Assembly (NCBI RefSeq): GCF_006345805.1
Contig: NC_043022.1
Span: forward strand, 20,522,001 to 20,586,000
DNA length: 64,000 nt
Origin: Octopus sinensis
Lineage: Eukaryota
Direction: 5' to 3'
Positions 1-12,436 of the stretch are shown here, one piece after another (within the stretch, counting starts at the first letter, position 1; the number at the start of each line of letters is the position of its first letter). Position numbers and translations under genes: made by a program. The notes beneath the pieces were generated by a model. The model saw only the letters and a list, made by a program, of their open reading frames with translations, was not told the origin of the DNA and ran no database searches.

Positions 1-73
1 ATAACCCTACTTTCCACAGTTAAGGATAAAGAAATTTTGAGCAGATATCTTATTTGCTCAGTAAGAGGATTAA

Positions 74-294
74 CCCTTTAGTGTTTAAACAGGCCAAATC
101 CAGCCCAATATATTCTACATATTTTATATTCAAACTGGCCATATCTAGCCTCTCACACCTAACCTACATTGACATTCTAAGAATAAACAATCACATCATT
201 GAAACCTCAAAGCTATAAGGTAATGCATGATTAATTCAAAACAATCTGAGTGAAAAAGTCTTACATTTAATAGAGAAATTTGAACACTAAAGGG
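74..294. mobile_element. piggyBac-like MITE
   Basis: TTAA at 70-73 and 295-298 flanking terminal inverted repeats ccctttagtgtt / aacactaaaggg. Confidence 0.75.
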
Positions 295-398
295 TTAAAG
301 ATGGAAAGGAAACCTCAATAATCCCTTTTGATAATTGCTATTCCCATTTTGTCATGTTTCTACCATTCAGTCTTCTGATGTTGCTTTCTTATTTTCAG

Positions 399-538
399 TA
401 TATTCTCTTCCCTGTTTCCTCTTCCAAGAATCGTGTATACAATGGCTAATGATGGCATCATCTTTAAGCATTTTTCCACCGTTTCAAATAAATTCAAAAC
501 GCCTTGGTTAGCTGTATTGGTGTGTGGAATTCTTGCAG
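399..538 (+). CDS. SLC7A1/2-like: Cationic amino acid transporter (SLC7A/CAT family) gene 1, internal exon (IFSSLFPLPRIVYTMANDGIIFKHFSTVSNKFKTPWLAVLVCGILA)
   Basis: ttttcag acceptor and GTAACC donor; matches the CAT motif MFPMPRVIYAMAxDGLLF...TP. Confidence 0.93.
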
Positions 539-765
539 GTAACCTTTTTTTAAATTTTCTGGTGTGTTGTTTGCTATCTGGTACATGTCATGCTGTGACT
601 TCCCTGAAATCTGGCACATGTTGCAGTGTTATATACTCGTGTGTAGCTCCATTTCAGCCCTGACTGAGCAGCATTATGGCTTTTGGATGGAAAAAGTTAA
701 AGACTGCTCATGAAATTTGAACCCTCAAAAGAATTATTTTTAATAATTTTCTTTTTTTTTCTCAG

Positions 766-868
766 CTATCATTTCTACAATCTTTGATCTTGGTCAATTA
801 ATCGATATGTTGTCTCTAGCAACATTGTTAGCTTACACGCTGGTCAGCAAGAGCATCACTGTACTCAG
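766..868 (+). CDS. SLC7A1/2-like: SLC7A/CAT gene 1 exon (AIISTIFDLGQLIDMLSLATLLAYTLVSKSITVLR)
   Basis: polypyrimidine+CAG acceptor and GTAAGT donor; phase continuous with neighbours; matches FDLxxLVDLMSIGTLLAY..VLR. Confidence 0.93.
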
Positions 869-922
869 GTAAGTAGTTCGATGTCCATAACCCTGTTTTA
901 CTTGTCTGTGTTGGAAGAAGGT

Positions 923-1304
923 GGAGGCGCAATGGCCCAGTGGTTAGGGCAGCGGACTCGCGGTCATAGGATCGCGGTTTCGATTCCCAGACCGGGTGTT
1001 GTGCGTGTTTATTGAGCGAAAACACCTAAAAGCTCCACGAGGCTCCGGCAGGGGATGGTGGTGATCCCTGCTGTACTTTTTCACCACAACTTTCTCTCAC
1101 TCTTACTTCCTGTTTCTGTTGTACCTGTAGTTCAAGGGGCTGGCCTTGTCACTCTCTGTGTCACGCTGAATATCCCCGAGAACTATGTTAAGGGTGCACG
1201 TATGTGGAGTGCTCAGCCACTTACATGTTAATTTCACGAGCAGGCTGTTCTGTTGATTCGGATCAACCGGAACCCTCATTGTCGTAACCGACGGAGTGCT
1301 TCCA
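923..1304 (+). mobile_element. tRNA-derived SINE, family A (full length)
   Basis: A-box TGGCCCAGTGG and B-box GGTTTCGATTCC; related copies near 36047-36270 (+), 51310-51640, 55700-55935 (-) and 61915-62010. Confidence 0.8.
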
Positions 1305-1388
1305 TAAGGTTGGAAGAGGGTATTAAACACATTGATTTCTGATGGGACAAAGCAGAAGTTTTATATATCACTTGACTTTAATTATTAA

Positions 1389-1613
1389 CTAGCAGTATCG
1401 CCTGGCGTTGCTCGGGTTTGTTTCAACCCTTTAGAATTGGAATTTTTGAAAAGTAAAAATTTTGCATTATGTAGCTTGTTATTCTCTTTAAGTGAACATT
1501 TTCCTGGTTGAAATACACTGAAAAATGGTGACACAGCAGTCAAAAAATTGTAAAAAATAGGGATTTTCATAGCCAAAAAAGCACCTTTTTGATGTAAATA
1601 ATTTTTGGTGTTA
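1389..1613 (-). mobile_element. Non-autonomous Helitron, 3' part
   Basis: Minus-strand end is hairpin cccgagcaacgccagg followed by CTAG-T; same family as 57608-57989. Confidence 0.7.
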
Positions 1614-2204
1614 AGACCCATAGAGGCCCTAAGGACTTAAAAGATTTTGGTGCCCCCATAAATATGCAATTCAAATTATAAACAAATTTTTATAAAAACA
1701 AAACTAACAGTAAGACCAAAAATGTTTATTTTTGTATACTTCTACTTTATTTATATTTGAAAAGTTTTCTCTTTTTTTTTAATTGCAAATCTTTTGATCA
1801 TGTCTTCAAATTTAATCTTATGTAATCCAGCTGCTTTTATACTTAGTAGAGATAAGACATCCCAAATATTATTTTACCTAGTGATTTCTTTTGTGCCATA
1901 AACCCACTTCCCTCATTTTACTTAATGGTTAATCCATTACTTCCATCCTTAATTCATATCTAGGACTACAGTTATGATACCTTATTAAGCCTTTAAGGTT
2001 GAGTGTGGCTTATTGACACACTGCTAAATTGTGATGAAGACGGGTGCATATAAGCCACATTTGCCTTATGTATTTTTTTTCTTTTTTGTGTTCCACATGC
2101 AAAGACTTGCTATGTATACCTGACCTTAAAGGGTTAACTTGGTCACAAATCTCCTTGATCACAAGATGACTTATAGCAATTTCTTTCTTTTTTTTTTTCT
2201 CCAG

Positions 2205-2276
2205 GTACAGAAGGGTTATACTTCAGACATCCGAGTCTATTCCAACTGATACTGATGATGTTTCACTTGGACAGGA
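2205..2276 (+). CDS. SLC7A1/2-like: SLC7A/CAT gene 1 exon (YRRVILQTSESIPTDTDDVSLGQ; cytoplasmic loop)
   Basis: Strong ttttctccag acceptor and GTAAGG donor; phase 2/2 fits flanking exons and completes LR|Y. Confidence 0.85.
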
Positions 2277-2469
2277 GTAAGGGAGTTAACATTTGAGCCT
2301 TTTTTTTTTAACCTTTGCAAGAGTTGTTATTGTTGGAAATATATTTTAATTGGATACATCCCCCAAAGAGTTTTTTCCAATTCTCCATTATCCAGGGGCA
2401 CCAGATAAGTTGGTAGACTAGAGCTCTTATACTAACATAAGCATTCTAATTATTTTTTGTCCCCATTTG

Positions 2470-2852
2470 CTGAGCTGTCCTTAATAGCCTTAGCAGCTGT
2501 TCTTAATCACTGAGCTGTCCTTAATAGCTTTAATAGTTGTTCTTAATCGCTGTGCTGTCTTTAATAGCCTTAATAGCTGTTAATTGCCGAGCTGTTCATA
2601 ATTGCTGAGCTGTCCTTGATAGCTGTCCTTAATCACCGAGCTGTCCTTAATCACCGAGCTGTCCTTAATCACCGAGCTGTCCTTAATCACCGAGCTGTCC
2701 TTAATCACCGAGCTGTCCTTAATCACCGAGCTGTCCTTAATCACCGAGCTGTCCTTAATCACCGAGCTGTCCTTAATCACCGAGCTGTCCTTAATCACCG
2801 AGCTGTCCTTAATCACCGAGCTGTCCTTAATCACCGAGCTGTCCTTAATCAC
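2470..2852. repeat. 18-bp minisatellite (gctgtccttaatcaccga), ~13 perfect copies preceded by degenerate copies
   Basis: Read directly; produces the spurious ORFs AVLNHRn and VIKDSSn. Confidence 0.95.
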
Positions 2853-3223
2853 CTGTCTCCCATTCCATCCTCCAAAACATGGTACATGCATGCATGGAGA
2901 ACAGATGTTAAATGATGATGATGTATGTGTTGGTATTTATTGCAACAGATAGCTAGGTTTCTTTAGCATTTTACATAGTTCAACCTTGAAAAATGCTTCT
3001 ATAAAACTAGTTTTTAAACATTGAATGGCTATGGGGGTCCACCAGAATAAAATAGTAATCATAGGGGCCCATAGGTAACAAAAAAATAGTTGAGAACCCC
3101 TGCTTTATAGTATAAACTAACATGGCCCTTTGATAAAAAAAATAAGTGTATAATGATTAAAGCTAGTAAAAGAATATTGTATTACTTTTGCCATATACAA
3201 AACAATATATTTTTGCTTTTCAG

Positions 3224-3345
3224 TGAATCGTCGGTGTTTCTTAGGGAATCAATAAAATCTAAATTCTACAGATGGTTTAACCCCAACTCTACACTTCCAA
3301 CTAAATCTACAGAACATGTTGCATTGATTGCTTCTGTTTCATTAA
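3224..3345 (+). CDS. SLC7A1/2-like: SLC7A/CAT gene 1 exon (ESSVFLRESIKSKFYRWFNPNSTLPTKSTEHVALIASVSL)
   Basis: ttttcag acceptor and GTAAGT donor; frame continuous; contains the P..PT..S motif preceding the C-terminal TMs of CATs. Confidence 0.88.
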
Positions 3346-3778
3346 GTAAGTTGTAACCCTTTGCACAATATTTTCATAAGTTTGCCATAACCCTCTCAGA
3401 CCTGGGGCCCCTGTGTCTAACTTTACCCTCTGTCTGGTCTGCTGAGCACACAAAAAATAAAAACTGCAGTTTATCTGGTTTCCAAAGACGATTCTGCATT
3501 AATCCTCGCAAACCTGACTTCCTGTATCTAAATTTAGCTTCCATCTGGTCTTTTGAGCAGAAAAATTAAATCGTTGAAAGCCAGATAGATTGTAGTATTT
3601 TGCAGCTATGTTTCTGCTTTAATCTTCATTGACCCAAGCTCTTGTATCTAATTGTACTCTACTCCTGGGCTTCCGAGGAAAAAAAAAATAGTTACAACAC
3701 TTTGACAATTTTTGATATCTTGGCATCTGAAGCAGCTGGAGATATGATAGTTTGACCAGAAGAACTGGCTATTGTAAG

Positions 3779-3938
3779 GTGCAGGAGTGGCTGTGTGGTA
3801 AGTAGCTTGCTTACCAACCACATGGTTCCAGGTTCATTCCCACTGTGTGGCACCTTGGGCAAGTGTCTTCTACTATAGCCTCAGACCGACCAAAGCCTTG
3901 TGAGTGGATTGGTGGACGGAAACTGAAAGAAGCCTTTG
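3779..3938 (+). mobile_element. tRNA-derived SINE, family B (5' part)
   Basis: Head ggtgcaggagtggctgtgtggtaag...ggttcattccc; many copies in the window (e.g. 6080-6435 -, 7088-7375 -, 11108-11497 -, 43980-44440 -, 55990-56390 +). Confidence 0.8.
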
Positions 3939-4628
3939 TTGTTTCATTGTATTAACAAGAAAGGCAGAGAGTTATGTCTTGTCATTATCATTTAACGTCC
4001 GCTTTCTATGCTAGCATACATACATACACACACAAGGAATTCTTTCAGTTTCCATCTACCAAATCCAGCCAGGGCTTCGGTTGGCCTGAGAATATAGAAG
4101 ACATTTGCCCAAGGTACCACACAGTAGGACTGTACTTGGAACCGTGTGATTGGGAAGCAAGTTCCTTACCACACAGCCATACATATTTACACACACACAC
4201 ACACTAATCCTATAAATACCACTAGCCATTACAGTCCTATTTAATGCCAAAAGCCTTCTGTATCCTACCCTACCATACTGACTGCTACAGTCTGTTGTGT
4301 GATGGAGGAAAAAGGCAACAGAAAAAGAAGCAAATGGGTGAAAGAAATACAGAGACCTTACCTGTTGACCTAGGTGGGATGAGCGATCTCTCTCAAGAAA
4401 TCAACACGTCCTTGCATGCTGCTGTCTCTCCTCGAACTCCCCCATGTGCTTCCTGCCCACGCATGCCCTGTGGCTGTTCCGCCGGTCCCTGCAGTCTTTG
4501 CTTCCATCTACCTCATCTGCAATCCTCTCCACCAATACCACATAGCTCATCACAGCCCATAACATCACAAACACCACACAGTCTTATACTACTCATGAAG
4601 CTGATTTTCTCTCCATTTTCTTTTTCAG

Positions 4629-4795
4629 CTTTTGTCGTTGTTGTTCTCATCTGCATTGTCTCTTTGTTTGAGCAAAAGCTTCTTCAAATCGATCCATGGG
4701 TGGTTGTTATTGTTTCTCTATTGTCACTGGTTATCATAATTTTGTTGGCCCTCATTGCCAGGCAACCACAAAACCAGGAACATGTACATTTCAAG
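4629..4795 (+). CDS. SLC7A1/2-like: SLC7A/CAT gene 1 exon (two TM helices...ARQPQNQEHVHFK)
   Basis: tttttcag acceptor and GTAAGT donor; hydrophobic helices ending in the conserved RQP....L.FK motif. Confidence 0.93.
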
Positions 4796-5663
4796 GTAAG
4801 TAACTGATTTCATCTCAAGGCTAACCCAGTTTTTGCAGACTAAAATGATCTTGGAACTATTGTGGCGCATATACACATTCTGTGTCATGTTAATCTCCTT
4901 GAGAATTGTTAGGGGTACATGTGTTTGTAAAGTGCTCAGCCAATTGCACATTAATTTCATGAGCAGGCTGTTCCATTGATCGGATCAACTGGAACACTTG
5001 CCGTCTTAACCAATGGAGTGCCATGGTTGAAGGAAGACACTTTGTCCATGGTGCCATGCAGTGGAATTGAACCTTAGGCCACATAGTTGAGGAGTAAGAT
5101 TTCTTAAACACACAGCCATGCCTGTTTTGATGATCTATTTTTTTTTTATATTTTCATGTAATCTAAATTGGATAAGTCTTCAAGAAAATTAACATCATAA
5201 TCCTAAAATGCAGATGGTAATCTAAGGATGCCTTCATAAGTAGAAATAAGGCCTAGAATTATAAATCGGTGACAGAATTGTTAGCATGCCGGGCAAAATG
5301 CTTAATGCCATTTCATGTCTTTACATTCCGAGTTCAAATTCCACAGAGGTTACTTTTCTCCTTTCGGAGTCAATAAAATAAGTACCAGTTGAACACAGGG
5401 GTCAATGTAATTGACTAGACCTCATTCCCAAAATTGCTGGCCTTGTGCCAAAACTTGAAGTTAGTATTAAGACAATTGGCTGAATTGTCAGCATGCCAAG
5501 GAAAATGCTTAGTGGCACTTCATCAGTTTTCACATTCTGAGCTCAAATTCTGAGTTTACTTTGCCTTTCGGGGTCAATTTAATCGACTTACTCCCTCCCC
5601 CAAACAAAATTTGAACCCATTATTTAAAAGAAAATATTTTAATGTTTTGTTTCTATTTTTAAG

Positions 5664-5772
5664 GTACCGTTTGTTCCTGTATTCTCAGAAGTGAGTGCTA
5701 GTTTCAACATGTTTCTTGTGACCAAATTACCATCTTCTGCATGGATCCGTTTTGGAATTTGGCTAGTTTTAG
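5664..5772 (+). CDS. SLC7A1/2-like: SLC7A/CAT gene 1 exon (VPFVPVFSEVSASFNMFLVTKLPSSAWIRFGIWLVLG)
   Basis: tttttaag acceptor and GTTTGT donor; matches the CAT C-terminal domain VPFLP..P..S...N.YLM..L...TW.RF..W. Confidence 0.93.
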
Positions 5773-5819
5773 GTTTGTAGACAAAAAAAAAAATCTTGTA
5801 ATTTATCAAAATATTTTTA

Positions 5820-6677
5820 CAGGGGTGGACAAAACTAGGTACACAGTTGCTTAATGTTCTTTTCATTACTCTTTTTTTTTTTTTTTTACCTAAGCAGTTC
5901 ATAAGTCTATCAAGGTTAACATACCCTGCCCCCTGCTCAAAAGGGGAACTGGAGCAACGTGAAGTAGTGTTTTGCCCAAGAACACACTGTGCTGCTCCAA
6001 TCAAGAAATCAAACCCACGATTTAGCGATTGGGAGTGCAACAGCCTAATCACTTGGCCATGTGCCTCCACAACATTGGTTATACCTTTTACCTGTTTGTG
6101 CGGCCATGCTGGAGCACTGCTTTTAGTCGAACAAACTGACCCCCAGGGCTTATTCTTTGTAAGCTGAGTACTTATTCTATCAGTCTCTTTTGCTGAACCA
6201 CTAAGTTACAGGAACATAAACACGCCATCAGTTGTCGAGCGATGGTGGTAGGGACAGACACACAAACATATACGACAGGCTTCTTTCAGTTTCTGTCTAC
6301 CAAATCCACTCACAAGGCTTTGGTCGGCCTGAGGCTAGAGTAGAAGACACTTGCCCAAAGTGCCATGCAGTAGGACTGAACCTGGACCATGTGGTTGGCA
6401 AGCAAGCTACTTACCACACAGCCACTACTGCACCTAATATATATATATATAATATATATATATAAATAAATAAATAAAAAATGTGTATGGTTATTGAAAG
6501 AAATACTGTACAATATAACATGGGATTAAAAATTCTAGAAAACAACAGAGCTTGCTATTTAGAAACCTGCCCGAATTTTAAGAGAGATGCCTAGTTCATT
6601 GGAAGTCCTTTTGATTTTTGGGGATAGAATATTTCACTCATATTTAGCAACTATATACCTACTTTTGTCCACCCTTG
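5820..6677. mobile_element. Tc1-like non-autonomous element with nested SINEs
   Basis: TA-caggggtggacaaaa ... ttttgtccacccttg-TA; TIRs with one mismatch and TA duplication. Confidence 0.65.
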
Positions 6678-6753
6678 TATGCCTCTGTATACCTACTTTG
6701 CCTGCTCCTGTATATAACAATTAATTATGTATAATAAATGCAATACATGTTTT

Positions 6754-6842
6754 TGTGCTACTATTAGTTTCATGTGCTGAGAACATGCCAAACAATGTTT
6801 TATAATACATCTGACGTCTTGGTACACTCATCATCAGGCACA
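6754..6842 (-). ncRNA. Type I hammerhead ribozyme motif within a Penelope-like inverted repeat (6733-6976)
   Basis: Minus strand: tgtgc-CTGATGA-(59 nt, weak stem II)-GAAA-ct-aat-ag-TA-gcaca; stem I 5 bp; predicted GUA cleavage site. Confidence 0.55.
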
Positions 6843-7159
6843 GCCCACATGGCATAACGGACTATGCATAATGACTATGCTGAGATGTTAGACATGTTAT
6901 AAAACAATGTTTGGCATGTTCTCAGCACATGAAACTAATAGTAGCGCATAAAAAAAAACATGTATTGCATTTATTGAATATTAATCTCTCACCAGATGGA
7001 GTACTTTTTTTGTTGATCTTACCATCACAGAACAGTACGCTATAAACACACAGAGGTAGACTGATATATATATATATATATATATATACGGCATTGTAAA
7101 CACCAGCATCGGTTGTCAAGCGATGTTGGAGAGACAAACACACACACACACAACACACA

Positions 7160-7239
<80 letters not shown>

Positions 7240-7440
7240 ACGGGCTTCTTTCTGTTTCCATCGTCGACCCGAGGCTATAGTAGAAGACACTTGCCCAAGG
7301 TGCCACGCAGTGGCACTGAACCTGGAACCATGTGGTTGGTAAACAAGCTACTTTACCACACAGCCACTCCTGCACCTTTAACAAAAAAAAAAGGAAATCT
7401 GAATTGTAATTCGTTTGTAAATATTTTTTTTCATTTTCAG

Positions 7441-7595
7441 GTTCCCTCGTTTACTTTGGTTATGGCTTCAGACGGAGTAAAGAATCCCTGAGAGAACAGA
7501 ATTTGGTCGAAGACCAAGCATCATCGTCACAAGGAACTCCAGCATCAACATCACAAGGAACCCCAGCACCAACATCAGAAGGAACCCCAGCATGA
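7441..7595 (+). CDS. SLC7A1/2-like: SLC7A/CAT gene 1 terminal exon (GSLVYFGYGFRRSKE...GTPA*)
   Basis: ttttcag acceptor; conserved G..IYFGYG...S.E motif; TGA at 7593-7595. Confidence 0.93.
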
Positions 7596-7986
7596 AAGTT
7601 AGGAGTTTGTTACTGTGAGTTGTAGGAAATGAATTGGAATTAAAAAAGAAATCATTGTTACTTTCATGTGTTGAATCAGCTTAACTTCCCAATCGCTATG
7701 AACACTGAATCATTTATATATTTCAATCATTATGACAATTCAATTTATTGGTAATCTTTAAATACTTTGATTGACCTATGACAGTTGACTTTGCGGTATT
7801 CCTCAATCACTACAGAAATCAAATCAGTTATATATTGCCCCCCCCCCCCAACAACTACGAAGATTAAATCAGCCGAAAACCATACCTGCCAAATATCGAA
7901 TCGGTCTTCACCTATTTCTGCTGCGTCAACTCATTTTACATTGAGGAAAAGAAAAAAAAAAGAAAAAAAAAAAAAAGAAAAGAAAA

Positions 7987-8025
<39 letters not shown>

Positions 8026-8299
8026 TGGAAATTAAAGTTGTCTCCCTTGCTTTTGTTATATGGTTCAAAATTGTTTACTGCCCTTGTTATCACTACAATC
8101 TCAATGCTCTCATTTTTCATTACATTCTCTTCCTTATATAACAAGTTGTCTGAAAATCGAATTGGATGTATTTAGCCATTGTTGACTCACCTATATTCCT
8201 AACAATGTTATATTCCATTACTATTATTCAATGAACTTTATACCTCTATTACAAATATGTAGCCTATTACCAAAGCTGTTTTGATATGTATTGTAATAT

Positions 8300-8333
<34 letters not shown>

Positions 8334-8379
8334 CGGCATTGTAAACACCAGCATCGGTTGTCAAGCGATGTTGGAGAGA

Positions 8380-8516
<137 letters not shown>

Positions 8517-8718
8517 GACGGGCTTCTTTCTGTTTCCATTGTCGACCCGAGGCTATAGTAGAAGACACTTGCCCAAGGTGCCACGCAGTGGCACTGAACC
8601 TGGAACCATGTGGTTGGTAAACAAGCTACTTTACCACACAGCCACTCCTGCACCTTTAACAAAAAAAAAAGGAAATCTGAATTGTAATTCGTTTGTAAAT
8701 ATTTTTTTTCATTTTCAG

Positions 8719-8873
8719 GTTCCCTCGTTTACTTTGGTTATGGCTTCAGACGGAGTAAAGAATCCCTGAGAGAACAGAATTTGGTCGAAGACCAAGCATC
8801 ATCGTCACAAGGAACTCCAGCATCAACATCACAAGGAACCCCAGCACCAACATCAGAAGGAACCCCAGCATGA
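8719..8873 (+). CDS. SLC7A1/2-like: Duplicate copy of the SLC7A/CAT gene 1 terminal exon
   Basis: Coding sequence identical to 7441-7595, with the same acceptor. Confidence 0.6.
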
Positions 8874-9533
8874 AAGTTAGGAGTTTGTTACTGTGAGTTG
8901 TAGGAAATGAATTGGAATTAAAAAAGAAATCATTGTTACTTTCATGTGTTGAATCAGCTAAACTTTCCAATCGCTATGAACACTGAATCATTTATATATT
9001 TCTGGTAATCTTTAAATACTTTGATTGACCTATGACAGTTGACTTTGCGGTATTCCTCAATCACTACAGAAATCAAATCAGTTATATATTGCCCCCCCCC
9101 CCAACAACTACGAAGATTAAATCAGTCGAAAACCATACCTGCCAAATATCGAATCGGTCTTCACCTATTTCTGCTGCGTCAACTCATTTTACATTGAGGA
9201 AAAGAAAAAAAAAAGAAAAGAAAAAAAAAAAAAGAAACGAAAAAAAAGAAAAGAAAAGAAAAAATGGAAATTAAAGTTGTCTCCCTTGCTTTTGTTATAT
9301 GGTTCAAAATTGTTTACCTGCCCTTGTTATCACTACAATCTCAATGCTCTCATTTTTCATTACATTCTCTTCCTTATATAACAAGTTGTCTGAAAATCGA
9401 ATTGGATGTATTTAGCCATTGTTGACTCACCTATATTCCTAACAATGTTATATTCCATTACTATTATTCAATGAACTTTATACCTCTATTACAAATATGT
9501 AGCCTATTACCAAAGCTGTTTTGATATGTATTG

Positions 9534-9571
<38 letters not shown>

Positions 9572-9744
9572 GTATGTTAATAGTTATTTCAAATGTACAG
9601 CTTTCAAATTATACAACCCTGCTAGCTAGGTGAGCAAGTACGATCGAAAGGTGGAGACTGGAACAATGTGAAATGAACCGTTTTGCTCAAGAACACACTG
9701 CCCTGCCCCAATCAGGAAATCAAATTAAACGGAAATTGTAGTTG

Positions 9745-9992
9745 TGATACCTGTGCCGGTGGCATGTAAAAAGCTCCATCCGTACGTGGCCGATGCCAGT
9801 GCCGCCTTGACTGGCTTCCGTGCTGGTGGCACGTAAAAAGCACCTACTACATTCACGGAGTGGTTGGCGTTAGGAAGGGCATCCAGCTGTAGAAACACTG
9901 CCAGATCAGACTGGAGCCTGGTGCTGCCTCCTGGCTTCCCAGACCCTGGTCGAACCGTCCAACCCATGCTAGCATGGAGAACGGACGTTAAG
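9745..9992 (+). mobile_element. Retroposon 3' end (RTE-like LINE/SINE tail family)
   Basis: ggcgttaggaagggcatccagctgtagaaa...agcatggagaacggacgttaa; related copies at 38975-39145 (-) and 63150-63420 (+), the latter ending in (GAT)n. Confidence 0.6.
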
Positions 9993-10386
9993 TGTGTGTG
10001 TGTGTGTGTGTGGTGTGTGAAAAAAAAAAAGATTCTATTGAGGAAACACGTAGATACATGTGGAGATGGAAAATTTAAGATCTTTCCCTTCAAGGAATGA
10101 CACCTTCTTCAGAAAAAATACTTCATAACAAAGTTCTCCCTGAAATTCAATGGCTGAAAATATTTCTGTAATGATTTGGACTGGATGAAGGACCAATTTT
10201 GTAAAGCAAATTGTATTGCACACACACACACAGTACTGTACATAAACATAAATAGAAACACTCTTACAGCCAGATTCTCCAACCCATACCAGCATGGGAA
10301 TCAAACATTGGATTGAAAGAACTGAATTGCAGTATCGATGTCAACACAATTTTTTCTTTCTTTCCTTCTCTTTTCCATTGACACTC

Positions 10387-10460
<74 letters not shown>

Positions 10461-12436
10461 AATACTCTCTCACTGGACAATGATGAAAAGAAATCCAGAC
10501 AATTTTTTTGAAAAACAAGACCCCTTGGAGTAGCCACCTGGTTTTACCGTTTTTTAAAGGACAATCATTCTATTGAAAGAACTGACCAGCTGCAAAGATG
10601 TAAACACATTTTTTCTTCTTTCTCTTTCCCATTGACACTTCTTTCAGATACACAGGTGTGAATGCATGCATGCACGCACGCACACACACATACACACACA
10701 CACTATCACCAGACAATGATAAAAAGAAATCCAGACAATTTTTGGAAAAATAAAATTTACCCTCCTTGGTGGGTAAATGTTATTTTCTCTCTTCCTTTCC
10801 TTCTCTTTTCCATTGACACTCTTTTCAGATACAAAGGCACACACATACATGCATTCTCTCTCACTTTCTCCCCATTTCTCACCCTCTTTTACTATCCTAT
10901 ATATCTCTCTCCACCTCTATACACTCAATAATACTATAAAAAGAGACAAATCTGAAGAATCCATTCGTGTGGATGCAAGCGCTAATATATGATTTATAAA
11001 AACGTAACATATTAATAAAAATCTGTAAATATAAAACCATCCAGATTTCTGAGTACTTTATTTCTTCTAATATATAATACCTGTACATCATCTCCAAACC
11101 TAATATATTCTTTACTCTCTTTTACTTGTTTCAATCATTTGACTGCGACCATGCTGGAGCACCGCCTTTTGTCAAGTAAATCGACCCCAGGACTTACTCT
11201 TTGTAAGCCTATTACTTATTCTATCAGTCTCTTTTGCTGAACTGCTAAGTTACGGGGACGTAAACACACCACCATCAGTTGTCAAGCGATGGATGGGGGA
11301 GGGACAAACACACACACAAACGTATATACATATACGACAGGCTTCTTTCAGTTTCCTTCTACCAAATCCACTCACAAGGTTTTAGTTGGCCCAAAGCTAT
11401 AGCAGAAGACACTTGCCCAAGGTGCCATGCAGTGGGATTGAACCCGGAACCATGTGGTTGGGAAGCAAGCTTCTCACCACACAGCCACGCCTGCGCCTAT
11501 ATTTATTTCAATTTTTTTCCCTCCATTTCATCTTCCTTCATGCTTGAAATTTAGTCTTTAGATTTACATTTTTAAACATGAAAACATAAAATTATCTAAA
11601 TATTACTGCGTCCATGCTGGAGCACCGCCTTGAAGGGTTTAATTGAACAAAACGACCACAATATTTTAAGCCTGGCACTTGTGTCCGTTACCTCCTCCGA
11701 AACGCTAAATTATGTGTACGTAAACACCGGTTGTCAAGCGGTGGGGAATGGGGTGTCATACGCACGCATCTGTAAAAACAAAATTTTCCGAAATTCTATT
11801 GTAATGGAATTTCAAAATTTAATTAAAAAAAAATTTTTTCCCCCTCCTATGTAACTTTGTGATTTATTTTAGTTTACGCCTGTGCTTGTGTTTCAAACTT
11901 AAAAAATGAAATAATCCGTACCACCACCACTATTAAGAGTTTGGCCTGTTGATAATTTCCGACGCTATTGTATAGGAACACCCGCATAAGTATGTGTGTG
12001 CGTGCGTACATTCGTGGCTGTGTAGCTAGGAAGTTTGCCTCCCAACTTTGTGGACTTGGGTTCATTTCTGCTGTGCGGCACCTTGGGCAAATCTATTCTA
12101 CTTGAGCCTCGGGCCGACCAAAGCCATGTGTAAGTGGATATGATAGACGGAAATTCTGTGGAAGCCCGTTGTGTATATATGTGTGTGTGTGCACGCGCAC
12201 ACACAGACAACGAGCTCTTAATTTGTGTCTGCATTGTTATGTTTACATCTCCGCAAAGTAGCATTATGGAAGCAAAAGAGAACGGGCGAAAAAGTACCAC
12301 GCTTCAAGACAAACAAAAATGAGTTCTGGGGGCGATTTTGTTCGACTATGCCCTCCAAGACAGTACGCCAGCATGGCCATGATCCACTGACCAGTAAAAC
12401 GTGTGTGTGTTTGTATGGGTATTGGGGGGAGAACTT

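Noticed and set aside
923-1000. tRNA genes
   Set aside because: The A/B-box-bearing segments are SINE heads followed by SINE bodies; no complete cloverleaf with terminator was seen
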